This document shows, in pieces, positions 8,700-18,984 of a stretch of 53,292 nucleotides of DNA; the stretch's first letter is position 1, and each line of letters opens with the position of its first letter. The translations under genes were made by a program, and so were the position numbers. The notes below the pieces were generated by a model. The model worked only from the letters and a program-made list of their open reading frames with translations, made no database searches and had not been told where the DNA came from. The DNA comes from Chloroflexota bacterium (GTDB lineage Bacteria > Chloroflexota > Dehalococcoidia > SM23-28-2 > RBG-16-64-32): contig VBEI01000002.1 of the NCBI GenBank assembly GCA_005882715.1, forward strand, positions 1 to 53,292. The letters run 5' to 3'.

Positions 8700-10190
8700 G
8701 TGGTCGGGGTATCAGCGGGGGCCAAGAATTTGGAAGAAACGGTCCGCATTGAGGGCCACTTAACGGCGGAGCAGGTAAGGCGGAACCCCTACTTCTACCT
8801 CCCCTTCAACGTCCCCAATAACGCCTCCGGCATTCACGTCTCATACGGCTATTCGGATCCCGTGACGGCGTCGTTCGGCAACGGTCCGGGCAACGTCGTC
8901 GATATCGGCATCTTCGACTCGCGCGGATACGATTTTCCGCAGCCGGCGGGCTTCCGCGGCTGGAGCGGCGCCTCCCGGCCGGAGTTCTTCCTCGCGCCGG
9001 AAGACGCGACCCCCGGCTACATCCGCGGCCACCTATTTCCCGGCGAGTGGCACATCATGCTCGGCGTCGACCGCGTCGAGCCGGAGGGTGTCCGTTATGA
9101 CGTCTCAGTGACGGTCGAACAGGAGTCAGGAGCCGGGAATCAGGAGCCAGGAGGGACGCCCCGTTCCGCTCGTCCTGAGGTATCGAAGGAACGAGTGGGG
9201 TACAGCACCCCGAAGACGAATGGCGCCCGCTGGCTGAAGGGCGACCTGCACTGCCACACGGTCCACTCGGATGGCCTCAACTCCGTCGAGGAGATCGTCC
9301 GTAACGCCGTCGAGCTGGGCCTCGACTTCCTCGCGGTAACAGACCACAACACGAGCACACACTTCGAGGAGCTGGAGCGACTCTCCGACCTCCCGATCAC
9401 CCTCATCCCGAGCGAAGAGGTCACGACTTACTGGGGCCACGCCAACATGTGGGGCTTGCGCGAGTGGATTGACTTCCGCTGCGCGGACCAGGCATCGATC
9501 GACGGGGTCCGGCGATACGTGCTCCAGAAGGGCGGTCTCATCTCTATGAACCACCCGAAGTCCGTCGGTCCGCCCTGGTTCTTCCGCGGCTGGGAGGGCT
9601 ATCCCTCGATGGAGGTGTGGCAGGCGCCCTGGCGCTTCTACAACTGGGAGTCTCTCGAGCGCTGGGACTCGCTTCTCCGCAAGGGCGAGCGCGTCGTCGC
9701 CGTCGGCGGCTCAGATGTGCACTCGATCCCGCCCGCTGAGCCGCGCCACCCGCACGGCCTCGCCAACCCGACCACTTGGGTGTACGCGGAGTCCTCCGAA
9801 TCGTCGATTCTCGACGCCATCCGAGCGGGCCATGTCTTCATCACCGATGGCCCGAACGACACGCGCCTCGTGCTGAGCGCAGACGCGGACGGCGACAGGC
9901 GCTTCGAGAGCCTCATGGGCGACACGATCTCGCCGCTTGATGGCCGCCTAGTCCGCTTTCGTGTCGAAGTGAACGGCGGCATGGACCGCCGCCTCTGGCT
10001 CATTGCCGACGGTGTCCCAGTCGACATCCGCTCACTCGAAAAGGTCGAAACGACGCACGAGTTCTCGCTCGACGTTTCGGGCTACCGCTACATCCGCGCC
10101 GAGCTGCGTGGCCCCCGCGGCCGCCCGGAGCGCGGCGAGGTCATCTGGGCCATGACCAACCCGATATGGATAGCGAACAGCGAACGGTGA
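8700..10190 (+). CDS. PHP-domain metallohydrolase (CehA/McbA-like)
   Basis: LKGDLHCHTVHSDGLNSVEEIV..LDFLAVTDHNT..GGSDVHS. An alternative TTG start near 8730 is possible. Confidence 0.75.
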   Translation: MVGVSAGAKNLEETVRIEGHLTAEQVRRNPYFYLPFNVPNNASGIHVSYGYSDPVTASFGNGPGNVVDIGIFDSRGYDFPQPAGFRGWSGASRPEFFLAPEDATPGYIRGHLFPGEWHIMLGVDRVEPEGVRYDVSVTVEQESGAGNQEPGGTPRSARPEVSKERVGYSTPKTNGARWLKGDLHCHTVHSDGLNSVEEIVRNAVELGLDFLAVTDHNTSTHFEELERLSDLPITLIPSEEVTTYWGHANMWGLREWIDFRCADQASIDGVRRYVLQKGGLISMNHPKSVGPPWFFRGWEGYPSMEVWQAPWRFYNWESLERWDSLLRKGERVVAVGGSDVHSIPPAEPRHPHGLANPTTWVYAESSESSILDAIRAGHVFITDGPNDTRLVLSADADGDRRFESLMGDTISPLDGRLVRFRVEVNGGMDRRLWLIADGVPVDIRSLEKVETTHEFSLDVSGYRYIRAELRGPRGRPERGEVIWAMTNPIWIANSER

Positions 10191-10319
10191 CTAGGGTGAA
10201 CAGCGGCCCCGCGTGCGCGTCATCGTGAGCGTCGACCACGCCCGCGCGCTGCATGACGCTCCCTCGCGAAGGGATCTGGGGAGGGGCGAATGCTCGTGCG
10301 CGGATAGAAGCTGCAAGCA

Positions 10320-10723
10320 ATGAGCGAGGAAGAAGCGGTTCGAGTGGGTGAAGCGTTCACCCGTTCGTTGGAGCTCTTGCCCGGAGAAAGAGTGCTGAGA
10401 GAATCGAGGGTCAATCGCGAGCGGCTCTTCATGGACGTTCTTGGCCTGCTCTATCTGACCAACCAGCGCCTAATCTTCTTGCCGTATCTATACACGCTCT
10501 CGTGGTCGCCCGTCATTGTTGACCTAACGGCGGTCGAGTCTTTCGGCTCGGCTACGCTCCCTTGGTACCGAAGCATCTGTTCACGTCGACCAGCTGGTAT
10601 GTCAAAGTTCGCAAGCGAGTCCACGTCTTCTCTTCGATGAGCGGGAGTGAGGACAGAGACAGTTGGCTCACGGCCGTCTCTTCCGTAGCCAACGTTCCTA
10701 TTGGACGACCCCGTGCCTTCTGA
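10320..10723 (+). pseudogene. GRAM/bacterial-PH-like small protein with an apparent frameshift near 10562
   Basis: Frame 0 gives GLLYLTNQRLIFLP..VIVDLTAVESFG. The domain-like ending LVPKHLFTSTSWYVKVRKRVHVFS..DRDSWLTAV continues in another frame (10562-10723). Confidence 0.4.
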
Positions 10724-13382
10724 CCCCTCCCGCACCCTCGTCGTCGTCTCCCACACCCACTGGGACCGCGAATGGTACCTCCCCTTCGAGGCCTTCCGCG
10801 CGCGGCTCGTGCGCATGATGGACGCGCTCCTCGACCTGCTCGAACGCGACCCCGAGTACCGCCACTTCGTCCTCGACGGCCAGACCGTCCCGCTCGACGA
10901 CTACCTCGAGATCCGCCCGGAGCGGCGCGCGGACATCGAGCGGCTGGTCCGCGACGGGCGGCTGCTCGCCGGGCCGGGCTACGTGCTGCCGGACGAGTTC
11001 CTCATCGGCGGCGAGTCCCACATCCGCAACCTTATGACCGGCATCCGCTCGGCGCGCGCGTACGGGCGGGCGATGATGGTCGGCTACGCGCCGGACGCCT
11101 TCGGGCACATCGCGCACCTGCCCGCGATCCTGCGCGGCTTCGGGATCGACTCGGTCCTCATCTGGCGGGGCGTGGGCGCCGAGGCCACGACGTCGGAATT
11201 CCGCTGGGCAGCGCCCGACGGTTCGGAGGTGCTCGCCGTCCATCTTACCCATAGTTACGGCTTGCTGCCCGCTCTGCCCCAGGATCCGGAAACCTTGCGT
11301 GGCGTCCTGAGCAACATCCGAGGGATGCTCGAGCCTTTCGCCACGACGCGCTACGTCCTCGTACCGAACGGCACGGACCATCTGCCCGCGCACACCGGCC
11401 TCGCAGCCTTCATCCAGCACGCCAACGAGCTGTTGGAAGACGCAGAGATGGTGCAGGGCGACTACCCGTCTTACATCGAGAATGTGCGCCGTGAGCTGAG
11501 CGAGAACATCGACTCGCTCCCGCGCCTGGAAGGCGAGTTCCGCTCCTCACAGCGCTCAAACGTCCTCGCGGGGGTACTCTCGACCCGCATCTGGCTAAAG
11601 CAGCGCTACCAGCAGTGCGAGGACCTGCTGGCCCGCTACGCGGAACCGCTAAGCGCGTGGCGGTATCTGTTGGAGCAAGGAACGAGAGAGACATCCGTTC
11701 CCGCTCATCCTGAGGTGTCGAAGGATCGAGCGGTGCAGAACACCCCTTCCGAGAACGACACCGCCTCCACGCGCGGGCTGCTTCGTCACGGCTGGCGGCT
11801 TCTCCTCCAGAACGCGCCGCACGATTCCGTCACCGGGTGCTCGGTCGACGCCGTCTATGACGATGTGGGCGCGCGATTCAACCGTTGCGAGCAGATCGCA
11901 GAGTCCGTTATCTACGACGCGCTGCGCTACATCGCGGACCACGCCTCGCGGCCGGGCGAGCAGTCGGTGGTCGTCTTCAATCCAGAAAACGGCCCGAGGA
12001 CGGATTTCTGTACGGTGCGCCTGCCGGTGGAGGACGGGAAATGGCCGGCGAAGCTCGTCGCGGAGGACGGCAGCGAGGCGGCGCTACAGGTGATCGAGCG
12101 TGGCGGACACTCGCCGCTTGACCGGCGTGAGCGCGTGGTGTTCGGATTCGTGGCGCGGGACGTCCCTAAGTTCGGCTATCGGACGTTTCGGGTGGAAGCT
12201 AGCGATCCGGACGTAGGGGCGCATCATGACGCGCCCCTACGCCTCGCCGTCGAAACGGGCTTCTTTCGCGTTACGGCCGACCTCACAGATGACACACTGA
12301 CCATCGCAGACAATCGCACAGGCGCCGTCTATCGCGGCCTCAATCACTTCATCGACGATGGGGAACGTGGCGATGAATACACGTACGACGCACCGAAGCG
12401 CGATGAGGCCGTCGACCTACCCTTTGCGCCGCCGGACGTGCGCGTGCTTGAAAAGGGCCCTGCCCGCCACACCCTCGAAGTTCGCTTGACCTACCCACTG
12501 CCGAAGGGCCTCACGAAGGATCGGAAGGGTCGCTCCGAGGAGCTCGTCGGTTGCGAGGTCGTCTCGCGCGTCAGTCTGTATCCGGGCGTCGCACGCATCG
12601 ACATCGAGACCGAGGTCGACAACCGCGCAAAGGACCACCGCCTGCGTGTCCACTTCCCGACCGGGATCCGAGCCGCGCGCTCGCACGCGGAGCAGCACTT
12701 CGGCGTCGTCTCACGCCCCGTCGGCGTGCCGGACCACGACGACACGTGGTTCGAGACCCCTGTCGCGACATACCCGCAGAAGGCGTTCGTTGACATCTCT
12801 GACGGCGAGCGGGGGTTCATGCTAGCAAACCGCGGCCTGCCCGAGTACGAGGCGATCGAAGAGGCGGACGGAACGATCACAATCGCGCTCACCCTTCTGC
12901 GCTCCGTCGAGTGGCTCTCACGGGACGATCTCTCGACGCGCAGGGGACACGCGGGCCCGGGCATGCACACGCCCGGCGCGCAGATGCAGGGGCGCTGGAA
13001 GTTCAACTACTCGATCATTCCCCATGAGGGCGGCTGGGAGAGCGCGTACTCGGACGCTCACCGATTCGTGCGCCCGCTTCGCGCGGTCCGGACGTCGCGC
13101 GGCGACGGGACGCTGCCGCCCAGTGGCTCGCTTGTCGAGATCGAGCCACCGGAGGTGATTCTCTCGGCGCTGAAGCTCGCGGAGGACGGCGATGGCGTTG
13201 TCGCGCGAGTCTACAACATCGCCGCGGGACCGCTCGAAGCTCGCCTGGGGCTCCGGCTGCCCTTCGAGCGGGTTGAACGCATGGACCTCAACGAGGAGAA
13301 CGCTAATCCCGTCGAGAGCGAAGACGGCGCGGTTCGATTTCAACTCAAGCCAAACGAAATCGCTACGCTCAAATTCTGCTAG
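10701..13382 (+). CDS. Glycoside hydrolase family 38 alpha-mannosidase-family protein
   Basis: VVVSHTHWDREWYLPFE..FVLDGQT..GYAPDAFGH N-terminal GH38 signature; 893 aa. Confidence 0.9.
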   Translation: MDDPVPSDPSRTLVVVSHTHWDREWYLPFEAFRARLVRMMDALLDLLERDPEYRHFVLDGQTVPLDDYLEIRPERRADIERLVRDGRLLAGPGYVLPDEFLIGGESHIRNLMTGIRSARAYGRAMMVGYAPDAFGHIAHLPAILRGFGIDSVLIWRGVGAEATTSEFRWAAPDGSEVLAVHLTHSYGLLPALPQDPETLRGVLSNIRGMLEPFATTRYVLVPNGTDHLPAHTGLAAFIQHANELLEDAEMVQGDYPSYIENVRRELSENIDSLPRLEGEFRSSQRSNVLAGVLSTRIWLKQRYQQCEDLLARYAEPLSAWRYLLEQGTRETSVPAHPEVSKDRAVQNTPSENDTASTRGLLRHGWRLLLQNAPHDSVTGCSVDAVYDDVGARFNRCEQIAESVIYDALRYIADHASRPGEQSVVVFNPENGPRTDFCTVRLPVEDGKWPAKLVAEDGSEAALQVIERGGHSPLDRRERVVFGFVARDVPKFGYRTFRVEASDPDVGAHHDAPLRLAVETGFFRVTADLTDDTLTIADNRTGAVYRGLNHFIDDGERGDEYTYDAPKRDEAVDLPFAPPDVRVLEKGPARHTLEVRLTYPLPKGLTKDRKGRSEELVGCEVVSRVSLYPGVARIDIETEVDNRAKDHRLRVHFPTGIRAARSHAEQHFGVVSRPVGVPDHDDTWFETPVATYPQKAFVDISDGERGFMLANRGLPEYEAIEEADGTITIALTLLRSVEWLSRDDLSTRRGHAGPGMHTPGAQMQGRWKFNYSIIPHEGGWESAYSDAHRFVRPLRAVRTSRGDGTLPPSGSLVEIEPPEVILSALKLAEDGDGVVARVYNIAAGPLEARLGLRLPFERVERMDLNEENANPVESEDGAVRFQLKPNEIATLKFC

Positions 13383-13447
13383 GCTCTCGGTTCTGGCCGC
13401 ACCCAGTGGTAGGCTATGATGCCTGAGATAGAGGAAGGAGGGCGGCC

Positions 13448-13912
13448 ATGACTACGCGAGCTGAACTCATTCAGCAACTCGACGCCGCGTACGAGGACTA
13501 CCGCTCCGCCGTAGCGGGGCTCGACGAGCCCCATTTCGACAAGAAGTGGCTCGCCGGCCAATGGGGCGCGCGCGAGATCACTGCCCATATCACCGGCTGG
13601 CTTGGGACGCTCGCCGGAGGCCTGGAGCGGATGAGCCGCGGCGAGAAGCCGGCACCGGAGGGCGAGGACTGGACGGTCCCCGATCCGTATAACGCAACCT
13701 TCGCCTCGCACGCCAAGGGCAAGAAGCACGCTCAGATACTCGAGGAGCTTGAACACGGCATGGACTCGTTCAAGAAAGCGGCGATGATGGTCCCCGAGGA
13801 GCGCTACGGCGACGGAAAGACCGCGAACCGCATCTTCGACGGCGCCGGCATAGAGCACTTCGCGGAGCACGCCGCCGTAATCCGCCTGTGGCGGAACCGC
13901 GAAGGCATCTGA
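13448..13912 (+). CDS. DinB/ClbS-like four-helix-bundle protein
   Basis: RAELIQQLDAAYEDYRSAVAGL..WGAREITAHITGW pattern; 154 aa. Confidence 0.55.
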   Translation: MTTRAELIQQLDAAYEDYRSAVAGLDEPHFDKKWLAGQWGAREITAHITGWLGTLAGGLERMSRGEKPAPEGEDWTVPDPYNATFASHAKGKKHAQILEELEHGMDSFKKAAMMVPEERYGDGKTANRIFDGAGIEHFAEHAAVIRLWRNREGI

Positions 13913-14017
13913 CCGGCGGCTCGTACGGACAGAGCTTCAGCTCTGTCCGCTAGCGTCCCGGTTGAGTACAGCCGAAGCCAAAAGAACGCCTTGGGGTGTG
14001 GAAGGAGGCTCCAACTG

Positions 14018-14884
14018 ATGACCACTCAAATCGCGAACCTGCCCTCTTGCGTCGTCGCCGGCGCAAAGCTCGTCCGCAAAGGAGCTGTCTTCCCGCTGAA
14101 CCTGAGTATCGACCAGCCCAATCCGCCGCTTTTCGGCCGCGGCGCTCCGCGCGTGGAGTTCGTCACCGGCGAGGTCCACCGCGATGACTACCTCGACAAC
14201 TTCTGGCCGCAGGCTTCCAGCCAATGGGACAGCCTCCGCCACATCCTCCATCCGCGTGATGGCTTCTACAACGGCGTGAAGGCGAACGAAATCGTCGTCG
14301 GCGGCGGCAACCTTGGCATCGAGAACATAGCTCGGCGGGGCATCGCCGGCCGTGGGGTGCTCCTCGATGTCGCGCGCCATCTCGAGAAATCAGGCGCGCC
14401 GCTCGATTACACGACGGCTACTGTGATCACGAAGGATGTGCTGTCAAACTGCGCGAAGCAGCAGCAAGCGATCGTGGAGACAGGCGACATTATGATCATC
14501 CGCACCGGCTGGCTCCGCTGGTACCTTGAGGAAGCGACCGCCGAACAGAAGCAGGAACTGGCCGGCGACCCGATGACCAACCTCAGATTTCCGGGCATCG
14601 GTCCGGACGAGGAGATGGCCTCCTATCTCTGGGACTTGCATATCGCGGCCGTCGCCGCTGATAACCCGGCGCTCGAAGCATGGCCGCCCGGGCCGGAGAG
14701 CGGCGGCTTCCTGCACTTCCGCCTGATCCCGCTCCTCGGCATGAACATCGGCGAGTTCTGGTACCTCGAAGACCTCGCCGCCGACTGTGCGCAGGACGGC
14801 GCGTACGAGTTCATGTTCACTTCCGCGCCGCTCAACGTCCCAGGCGGAGTCGGCTCGCCGCCTAATGCGCTAGCAATCAAGTAG
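14018..14884 (+). CDS. Putative cyclase-family (kynurenine-formamidase-like) hydrolase
   Basis: ATG at 14018 preceded by GGAAGGAGG. WDSLRHI..GRGVLLDV..IRTGW pattern. Confidence 0.7.
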   Translation: MTTQIANLPSCVVAGAKLVRKGAVFPLNLSIDQPNPPLFGRGAPRVEFVTGEVHRDDYLDNFWPQASSQWDSLRHILHPRDGFYNGVKANEIVVGGGNLGIENIARRGIAGRGVLLDVARHLEKSGAPLDYTTATVITKDVLSNCAKQQQAIVETGDIMIIRTGWLRWYLEEATAEQKQELAGDPMTNLRFPGIGPDEEMASYLWDLHIAAVAADNPALEAWPPGPESGGFLHFRLIPLLGMNIGEFWYLEDLAADCAQDGAYEFMFTSAPLNVPGGVGSPPNALAIK

Positions 14885-15625
14885 CGCCCTCGAGTGTCAT
14901 TCTGAGCCTCGGCGCGCCCGATGAGTCTGGTACAAAATAATAGGCCTTGGGCATCGACTGACCCGTCTCAGCTGCGAAGAATCTCGGCGACTACTTAATT
15001 GAGGACCATCGTCGGGCGGCGCCGCAATCCTCAAACGACCCTCCTGTCCGTAACATTCCGCCGGCTCAGCTGTTTGAAATAAGTGCGGCGACTGACCCGC
15101 TCTCCGTCTCGAGGGTGATCGTTGCCCTGGGGGTCTCCCTTATTCGCGCTATCCCCCGCGTTCCTGGCATCTTAGCCTTTCGCTCCCACTTCCGCCCGCC
15201 CCAGGCAGTGCAGATGCCGATTCCACTCTCAGGCAAGACGCGACCGGGCGGCCGGTGCCCAGCAAAATGCACGATCAGACTAGGCCCCGCGCCCCGCTTT
15301 GTACCTCAAAGATGCATCCCGGCGCCGGGCGAGCACGAACGCGGGGCAGGCGTCCGTGCTCGCCAATCGAGAGTGGATAGGACAGTCACACAGGGCGAGG
15401 GCCCGCCCGCTCCGGTTGCTGGCTCTGCATCCGGAGCGGGCTTGACCGGAGACAATGCGTCCGGGAGTTTGCAGCCTCTCGTCCTTCCTTCCGATGACCG
15501 GACATCCACAACACTCCCGAACTTTTGCGACCCGAAGGGGTGGGCCACAAAGAAATGCTCGCAGGCCGACTGATTCCCGACATTAAGCAGGTCTCAATAA
15601 TCGATGAATTTTGGATGAAGAATGA

Positions 15626-17008
15626 TTACGCCCGGCGCGTCTCGCCGTCGCCTGGAATCGGCAGCTCGACCACGAAAGTCGTTCCATTGGTCGGCTCGCT
15701 CACCACCGATACCGTTCCCCCGTGCGCTTCCGCCACATACTTGACGATAGCTAGCCCCAACCCTGTCCCGGCTGGCCGGCTCGCCCGCGCGGACTCGCCC
15801 CGATAAAAACGCTCGAACACATGCGCTATCTCATCCGCTTTAATCCCCTGACCGGTGTCCCTTACCTCCAGCTGCACCCGGCCGTTAAACCGCTGAAGCC
15901 CAAACACCACCCTCCCTTCTCGCGGTGTGTACTGGACGGCGTTGTCCAACAGGTTGCCGACCATCTGGTCCAGCCGCTCCCCATCGCCGAGCACCACAAT
16001 GCCGGGTTCGATCTCCTCCCTCAGCTCGTGTGAGTCTTCCTGCTTGACCCGCGCCAGCGCCCGTTCACAAACCGCACTGAAATCGACTCGCGCCCGTTCG
16101 ATCGACTGCGACTCCTCTCGTGCCAGCATGAGAAGATCCGCGACTAGTCTCCTCATAATTTGCGCCTCCACCCTGACTTCCGCGACGCAGCGTTCTCGGT
16201 CGGCCTGCGAGAGATTGGGCCGGCTCAATATATCGACGTTCGTCTGGAGGACCGACAGCGGCCGACGCAGTTCGTGGGACGAATCGGCCAAAAAAGACTT
16301 CTGGTGCGCCAGCGTCTGCTCCACCCGCTCGATCATCGCGTTAAACGCGCTGACCAGCTCGCGCACCTCGCCCTCGCCCGCGCTCTTGTCGAGCCTGCGC
16401 GTGAAGTCGGCCGTCTCCTCAATGTCTCTCGCCATCTGTGAGACGTTCCGCACCGGTCGTAGCGCCCTGCCGGACAGCGTGTATCCCGATACTGCAGTCA
16501 CCAAAAGCGCGGCCAGACCCCCGACAACGATGACATCTCGGATCTCACTGACTGCCCCGTTCGCGCCGCTGAGAGACTCTCCGACCTCGATTGAACCACC
16601 TGTCGGCAGCGGCTGGTACAAGATACGGGTGTCCTCGCCCCGCACGTCTTTCGTTGCGAATCCCCCCACCAACGACCGCGTATCGTCGGGCGGCGGCAGG
16701 CTGCCGCTGGGCGGCTGGGCGGAGGAGTAGAGCACAGTGCCATCCGCGCGCCGCAACTGGAATACTAGGTCCGCCTTCGAAGCTAGGGCGTCGAGTTCGC
16801 CTTTGTTGTTTTCAATGTCCTCTTGGTTAAATTCAGTACCAATCGGCTCCAGCGCCAGGGCCACAGCCTGGGCCCGCAGAGTCAGGCTGTCGTCCAGGCC
16901 TGCATAAATCCTGTGCGCCGCGATCACGTAGCCGGTGATACCCGTGACCGCCAGTGCGGCCGCCAACAGCCCGACGTATAGGAGCGTGAGGCGCAGCCGC
17001 AGAGTCAC
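15626..17008 (-). CDS. Sensor histidine kinase (TM-HAMP-HisKA-HATPase_c)
   Basis: SFLADSSHELRRPL H-box, NLLDNAVQYT N-box, DTGQGI and GTGLGLAIV G-boxes. Confidence 0.9.
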   Translation of the reverse strand: MTLRLRLTLLYVGLLAAALAVTGITGYVIAAHRIYAGLDDSLTLRAQAVALALEPIGTEFNQEDIENNKGELDALASKADLVFQLRRADGTVLYSSAQPPSGSLPPPDDTRSLVGGFATKDVRGEDTRILYQPLPTGGSIEVGESLSGANGAVSEIRDVIVVGGLAALLVTAVSGYTLSGRALRPVRNVSQMARDIEETADFTRRLDKSAGEGEVRELVSAFNAMIERVEQTLAHQKSFLADSSHELRRPLSVLQTNVDILSRPNLSQADRERCVAEVRVEAQIMRRLVADLLMLAREESQSIERARVDFSAVCERALARVKQEDSHELREEIEPGIVVLGDGERLDQMVGNLLDNAVQYTPREGRVVFGLQRFNGRVQLEVRDTGQGIKADEIAHVFERFYRGESARASRPAGTGLGLAIVKYVAEAHGGTVSVVSEPTNGTTFVVELPIPGDGETRRA

Positions 17009-17010
17009 AA

Positions 17011-17751
17011 CTAAGGCTCCTTCAGGACGTAGCCGACTCCCCTCACCGTGTGGATCAGGCGCGGTTTGTCGCCGCTCTCGAGTTTCAGACGTAGGTTCGC
17101 AATGTGCGCATCGATCACATTGGACTCCACCTTCGCGTCCTCACCCCACACGGCGTTCAGTATGTCCTCGCGTGTTAAGACCCGCCCCGGGTTCTCGAGG
17201 AACTGTTTCAGGAGCCGGAACTCCTTCGCCGTCGTTGGCAGCGCCTCACCGCCGCGGTACACCGTCCAAGTTGCCGTATCAAGTGCCACATCGCCGAAGG
17301 AGAGACGGCCCTCCGCCGGCGCCGGCGTGGTAGATCGCCTGAGCAGAGCCTGAATCCGCGCGATAAGTTCGTCCAGAGCGCACGGCTTGATCAGGTAATC
17401 GTCCGCCCCCATCTGTAGCCCTGCGACGCGGTCCGGGACGCTATCGAGCGCCGTCAACATCAGGATGCGTACTGGGGAGCGTTCGCGCACCAGCCGGCAG
17501 AGACTCAGCCCGTCCAGTCCCGGCATCATGATATCCAGCACCATTACGTCCGGCCAGCCGCTCTCCACGCACGTCAGCGCCTGCCCCGCCTCCTTCGCGA
17601 TCGTTACGTCGAACCCGCTCAAAGACAGGCCACGCCGCAGTGCGTCCAGCAGACGCGCGTCGTCGTCGACTAAGAGTATTCGCGGCTGGCTCTTGCTGCC
17701 GTTCTGTCCGAATTCTTCGCTTACCATGACTTCGGCCCGGCTCTCTTTCAT
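17011..17751 (-). CDS. OmpR-family response regulator
   Basis: ILLVDDD..VMVLDIMMPGLDG..LTA receiver plus LTTAKEFRLLKQFL..VRGVGYVL wHTH. The start may be the internal ATG at 17727. Confidence 0.9.
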   Translation of the reverse strand: MKESRAEVMVSEEFGQNGSKSQPRILLVDDDARLLDALRRGLSLSGFDVTIAKEAGQALTCVESGWPDVMVLDIMMPGLDGLSLCRLVRERSPVRILMLTALDSVPDRVAGLQMGADDYLIKPCALDELIARIQALLRRSTTPAPAEGRLSFGDVALDTATWTVYRGGEALPTTAKEFRLLKQFLENPGRVLTREDILNAVWGEDAKVESNVIDAHIANLRLKLESGDKPRLIHTVRGVGYVLKEP

Positions 17752-17848
17752 ATTGCGATCCGGATTGGCGGCTCTCCTACATCCATCTTCACACCGCGCT
17801 GCGATGCGAGCAACGCCGCTTTCAAAGGGACGCCACCTCCTCTATTCT

Positions 17849-18943
17849 TTACGACGGCGCCGGCTGCCCGGCCTTCGCCAGCGACGCTTTCAGTTCGTCG
17901 ATCACCGCCGTCGGGGCGGGGTCGACCCCGTAAAGCAGCGCTAGGTATGCCGCCACGTAATCACCAAGCAGCGTGAGAGATAGCATCTGCGCGAGCGCGC
18001 TCTCCCCCCGCGCTTTCACGTCGAGCGCATCGATCGCGCCGTCGTCCAGCAGCCCTCTCATGAGGTCATAGCGCAGCCCTACCCGCGGATGATCTAGCCC
18101 CTCAGAGCGCAGAAGTACCATTGTCGTCGCCCGCGCTATCGCCGGCGGCAGTCCCAACGCGACGATCGCATTGTGCTGCGCCTCCGGCATCTCCTCGAAG
18201 AACGCACACACCTTCGCTGACTCGTTTGTCTGCGTCTTCCAGCGCCGCGCCACCTCGATCAGCACCCCGCCTCCGTAAATCACGGGCAGCCGCTCGTGCA
18301 GCCGCCACGCCAGCTGCTTTGCGGGATTCCGTGAAGAAGCAGTCTCGGCACCGTACTCCTCGCGCAGCGAAGCGAGAACAGCAATCGCCTCGTCCACATC
18401 CCCCTCGATCCCCTGCATGAGGCCCAACTTCTGTCCGATGGCCAGCAGTGGCATCAGACCCCACCCGATGGCTGCCCGCGGCTCTCCCTTGTACGTGAAC
18501 GTGAACGCAGGCACGCCGTTCGCTCGCGCCGTGGCCAGTAGCCGCCCACCTGTCGTGATCGCCAGCTTCTTGGCGGGCATAGCCAGCGCCTGCTCGAACG
18601 CCGAGAGCGTCTCCTCGGTCTCGCCGCTGAAACTCGAAGCGATGACCAAAGTATCTTCGTCCACAAACGACGGCAGGTCGTACGCGCGGACGTTGAACAC
18701 GCGTACGGACGACTCGAGCGATAGCAACGCTCGGAAGTAGTCCCCCGCGATCGCCGAGCCGCCCATGCCGAGGATTACGATCTGCCGGGGTGCCTCCTTC
18801 CACGGCGCCTCGAACGCCTTGGCCGCAGCCCACGCCTCTCGGCACTGCTCCGGCAGCCCATGCACCGCCTCGAGCATCCCAGCTGGATCCAGTCTGCTAC
18901 GTTCAGCCGCATCGTCGAGGACCGGATGCCGCTTGGAGGTCAT
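17849..18943 (-). CDS. Bifunctional phosphoglucose/phosphomannose isomerase (SIS domain)
   Basis: IVILGMGGSAIAGDY..ASSFSGETEETL SIS motifs; 364 aa. Confidence 0.8.
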   Translation of the reverse strand: MTSKRHPVLDDAAERSRLDPAGMLEAVHGLPEQCREAWAAAKAFEAPWKEAPRQIVILGMGGSAIAGDYFRALLSLESSVRVFNVRAYDLPSFVDEDTLVIASSFSGETEETLSAFEQALAMPAKKLAITTGGRLLATARANGVPAFTFTYKGEPRAAIGWGLMPLLAIGQKLGLMQGIEGDVDEAIAVLASLREEYGAETASSRNPAKQLAWRLHERLPVIYGGGVLIEVARRWKTQTNESAKVCAFFEEMPEAQHNAIVALGLPPAIARATTMVLLRSEGLDHPRVGLRYDLMRGLLDDGAIDALDVKARGESALAQMLSLTLLGDYVAAYLALLYGVDPAPTAVIDELKASLAKAGQPAPS

Positions 18944-18984
18944 TCCGGACTATTGCGAACTCAAGCGCCCCAAGCCCCGACGCC

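Noticed and set aside
15115-15573. 152-aa plus-strand ORF in the convergent intergenic region.
   Set aside because: Low-complexity R/P/G composition, no RBS, and no recognisable motif.
14885-15625. Possible RNase P RNA, tmRNA or SRP RNA in the long intergenic region.
   Set aside because: I could not find the conserved cores by eye on either strand (GGAAAGUCCGG-type P4, a tRNA-like CCA end, or the SRP GNAR-loop helix). A covariance-model scan is still needed.
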